A DNA stretch of 54,846 nucleotides from positions 1-54,846 of the forward strand of contig CAYFUG010000006.1 in assembly GCA_964346295.1 (NCBI GenBank), given 5' to 3'. The translations under genes were made by a program, and so were the position numbers. Position 1 is the first letter of the stretch, and each line of letters begins with the position of its first letter. Below, piece by piece: positions 52,727-54,846 of the stretch. The DNA is from an uncultured Bdellovibrionales bacterium (GTDB taxonomy: Bacteria; Patescibacteriota; Minisyncoccia; Moranbacterales; DUUL01). The notes below the pieces were generated by a model that saw only the letters and a program-made list of their open reading frames with translations, was not told where the DNA came from and did not search any database.

Positions 52727-53323
52727 ATGTTTCCTAAAGCCTTTCAACAGTTAATCGAGCAGTTTGCAGCTTTGCCTTCGGTGGGCCCTAAGATGGCGGA
52801 GCGGCTGGTTTTGCATTTGTTTAAACAAGATGCCGAGCAAGTGAAGCGATTTTCTAAAGATTTATTTGATTTTGCCACTCAGGTCAATTTTTGCTCCCGC
52901 TGTTTTCATATTTCCGAAGAAGAAGGACGCTGTGGGATTTGTCGGGACTCTAAACGGAACCAGGAATTGATTTGTGTTACGGAGGATCCCTTAGATGTAA
53001 TTGCGATTGAGAAGACTCGTCAGTACCAGGGCTTGTATCATGTTTTGGGAGGGAATTTGAGCGTGATGAGTCAAGAGGAGATTAAGAAACTTAAAATCGA
53101 TGAGTTAACTTTGCGAGTGGAGGCGGAAGGCACTAAGGAGGTAATTGTAGCCACTAATCCTACTACCGACGGAGAGACCACGGCGCTCTATTTAGCCCGA
53201 GTGCTGCGGCCCTTAGGTGTATGCGTGACGCGTTTAGGGCGAGGAATGCCGACTGGTGGAGACATTGAGTATGCCGACGAGATTACGCTGTCCAGTGCAT
53301 TAGAGGGCCGCCGCGAGTTATAG
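52727..53323 (+). CDS. recR: Recombination protein RecR
   Basis: 198 aa with the HhH region LPSVGPKMAERL, a C4 zinc finger CSRCFHISEEEGRCGIC, and a Toprim domain. Confidence 0.93.
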   Translation: MFPKAFQQLIEQFAALPSVGPKMAERLVLHLFKQDAEQVKRFSKDLFDFATQVNFCSRCFHISEEEGRCGICRDSKRNQELICVTEDPLDVIAIEKTRQYQGLYHVLGGNLSVMSQEEIKKLKIDELTLRVEAEGTKEVIVATNPTTDGETTALYLARVLRPLGVCVTRLGRGMPTGGDIEYADEITLSSALEGRREL

Positions 53324-53347
53324 CCCCAGGCTCTAACGCTAAAAGTC

Positions 53348-53367
53348 GCACTCAATTTCGAAAGTCT
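53348..53367 (+). repeat. Family A right-end-like motif GCACTCAATTTCGAAAGTCT after the recR stop
   Basis: Resembles GCACTCAAATTTGAAAG(T/C)CC at 37045/37206 and 1322. As with those copies, it lies just downstream of a stop codon. Confidence 0.4.
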
Positions 53368-53416
53368 TAAATCTAAATTGAAGCGTTGAATTTTCTAAAA
53401 TATAAGCCTTAGATAC

Positions 53417-53842
53417 ATGAAAAAGCTTAAAAAAAGCTTAGCAGAATATTTTTTGCGGCCGATATGGCGGGATTTTTTAGAGAAGATGCTCTTAAGTTTG
53501 GGGGTGGCTTATTTGATTTTATTTAGCCTGGAAACCATTCTTCCGGAATTAATAATCAAGGCAATTAATATTAATTTTATTCTAGGAATTATCTTATTAG
53601 ATTTAGCTTTGTTAGTGTTTTTTTACCAGAAGATTCCCCTTGAAAAAGATTGGTTACTAGGGAAAACTTTCGGAGTTAAGAGTTTGGCAACTTCTTTAGT
53701 AGGGATGTTTTTGGTGACGCTATTTTTTAGTTTGTATAAGGTTTCTTTAGTAGAAAGCTTGATCTATATAATTTTAGTAGCAGGGGCTTTTTTCTCTTTA
53801 TTAAAGGAATTTTCCCCTGAAAAAAATCCAGATAGACAGTAA
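53417..53842 (+). CDS. Small polytopic membrane protein (141 aa)
   Basis: Four hydrophobic spans. No motif recognised. Confidence 0.6.
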   Translation: MKKLKKSLAEYFLRPIWRDFLEKMLLSLGVAYLILFSLETILPELIIKAININFILGIILLDLALLVFFYQKIPLEKDWLLGKTFGVKSLATSLVGMFLVTLFFSLYKVSLVESLIYIILVAGAFFSLLKEFSPEKNPDRQ

Positions 53843-53850
53843 ACTAAAGG

Positions 53851-53900
53851 TATATTTTAAAAACTTTGTTAAATACTATTGACAAAGTTTTTAAAATATA
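53851..53900. repeat. Perfect 19-bp AT-rich inverted repeat (TATATTTTAAAAACTTTGT / ACAAAGTTTTTAAAATATA) with a 12-nt loop
   Basis: Arms checked base by base. Lies 8 nt after the stop of the membrane-protein gene. The loop plus right arm contain TTGACA. Confidence 0.85.
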
Positions 53901-53977
53901 TTAAGCTGCTTGTGAAGTTAGTCAATGGTTATTTGGCGATTTCTGAGCAGTTTTTTGATAGGCAAGAGTGAAGAATT

Positions 53978-54071
53978 AAAAGGCACTATTGTGCCAATGA
54001 TAAATTTTCGTTGAGGATCCATTCCCTCCTTAGTCCTTGGCGAAAGTATCATTGGCTCAATAGTGCCTTTT
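53978..54071. repeat. 94-nt long hairpin between convergent genes (25-nt arms AAAAGGCACTATTGTGCCAATGATA / TATCATTGGCTCAATAGTGCCTTTT, one mismatch)
   Basis: Arms read directly. The inner TTCG...CGAA extends the pairing. A-runs and T-runs flank it on both strands, as in a bidirectional terminator or a MITE. Confidence 0.75.
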
Positions 54072-54116
54072 GCTTGGTAGCATCGTTAAGGTCAGGTAGT
54101 GTAAACCAGAAAGATT

Positions 54117-54710
54117 TTAACTATGCTTATTTTTGGCAGTTTCAACTCCTTCGGTCAGGTAGGATTCGAGAGCTTCCAGGCAGAGAGGAAATATTTCTGT
54201 TTGAAGTTTGCCCTTTTCTGGAGCGGAAAATTTCCCTAAGACAAAGTTGCTGGTGTCTGGGCGAAGAGTATGATTTAGCAACTCCGGATCGCTAATTCCA
54301 ATTCGAAGCCGGGTGAATGCTTGGGTCCCTAAGTGCTTAAGGATAGACTTAATGCCATTGTGACCAGCGGGACCAGAATCATAAGAAAAACGGATCTTCC
54401 CCAAAGGAAGGTCTTTTTCGTCGTGGACAATCAAGAGCTTTTCGGGATCTAGCTGATAGTAGTCCAAAAGCGCTCGAACGGCTTGCCCAGATAGATTCAT
54501 GAAAGTTTGAGGTTGAGCTAGAGTCAGGTTTTGATTTTGCCAAGTGACCTTAGTTATAGCGCTTTTGAATTTACTTTGCTGGCTGAATTTCTCCTGCGGG
54601 AATTCTTTTTCTAAAAAATAATTCAAAAAAGCAAATCCGACATTGTGGCGGGTGTTTTGGTATTGAAGGCCGGGATTACCCAGGCCGACGATGAGATGAG
54701 TTGGTTTCAT
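54117..54710 (-). CDS. pth: Peptidyl-tRNA hydrolase
   Basis: 197 aa with the N-terminal LIVGLGNPGLQYQNTRHNVGF motif and the GHNG block (GPAGHNGIKS). Confidence 0.93.
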   Translation of the reverse strand: MKPTHLIVGLGNPGLQYQNTRHNVGFAFLNYFLEKEFPQEKFSQQSKFKSAITKVTWQNQNLTLAQPQTFMNLSGQAVRALLDYYQLDPEKLLIVHDEKDLPLGKIRFSYDSGPAGHNGIKSILKHLGTQAFTRLRIGISDPELLNHTLRPDTSNFVLGKFSAPEKGKLQTEIFPLCLEALESYLTEGVETAKNKHS

Positions 54711-54792
54711 GAGCTAGGTTTTCTGATTGAGTGCAAAACAAGATTTGTCCTTAAAGTGTATTCTAGCAAAAGTTCTGATTTAAGCAAAATTC

Positions 54793-54846
54793 GCGAAGTA
54801 AATCATCCAAAATCTAACCCAAGTCCTAGTCGGTAAATCATTTAAA
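54793..54846. repeat. Right copy of the 54-bp terminal inverted repeat (partner 2..55)
   Basis: See 2..55. Confidence 0.9.

Noticed and set aside
53978-54071. SRP (4.5S) RNA or 6S RNA identity for the long hairpin
   Set aside because: I could not find the conserved SRP domain IV motifs (a GGAA-type tetraloop flanked by the AGCA/GGA internal loops) or a 6S-like central bubble. It remains an unclassified hairpin.
54011-54836. Plus-strand ORFs 54011..54295 and 54645..54836
   Set aside because: The first is antisense to pth and begins inside the long hairpin. The second is antisense to the pth start and runs into the terminal inverted repeat.
1-54846. Alternative genetic code (UGA recoding), prophage or plasmid origin of the window
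   Set aside because: TGA cleanly terminates rpoB and aspS at the expected protein lengths. The content is dominated by single-copy core genes, and I saw no integrase, transposase, capsid, terminase or replication-initiator genes.

Overview
The window is probably a complete assembly contig, because its two ends are a perfect 54-bp inverted repeat. It comes from an AT-rich, gene-dense bacterium using the standard genetic code (TGA terminates rpoB and aspS). By inference only, the gene content suggests a reduced-genome Candidate Phyla Radiation / Patescibacteria-type organism: miniaturised housekeeping proteins, giant acidic or Gly/Thr-rich surface proteins, a type IV pilus-type ATPase and no biosynthetic operons.

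Core genes recognised from motifs:
- Envelope, stress and membrane: an S11 D-Ala-D-Ala carboxypeptidase, clpB, a P-type cation ATPase and a DUF3048 protein.
- Information processing and DNA repair: dprA, tRNA-Glu(CUC), rpoB, rpoC, tsaE, mutM/fpg, aspS, recR and pth.
- Metabolism: a PfkB sugar kinase, phosphomannomutase/phosphoglucomutase, class II fructose-bisphosphate aldolase and pyrG.

Unusual content, in window order:
1. A tight cluster of a 1314-aa giant protein (possible GS-fold amidoligase module), a 149-aa orphan, ClpB and an APH-type kinase.
2. A tRNA-Glu locus with a duplicated tRNA 3' end and nested direct repeats around an orphan gene.
3. A 1280-aa Gly-rich surface protein with an internal duplication and an abrupt codon-usage switch.
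4. A DUF975-like membrane-protein gene inserted between rpoB and rpoC.
5. A single 1099-aa polypeptide containing two complete PilB/GspE secretion ATPases.
6. A perfect 2.1-kb tandem duplication giving two surface-protein genes with identical 691-aa bodies and unrelated Cys-rich C-terminal tips.
7. An fpg gene expanded in frame by palindromic repeat elements that also occur intergenically.
8. A half-size UvrA-like ATPase without zinc modules.
9. Several families of intergenic palindromic (MITE/REP-like) elements.
10. A recurring G-rich extended -10 promoter motif.

I found no CRISPR array, rRNA gene, integrase or transposase.
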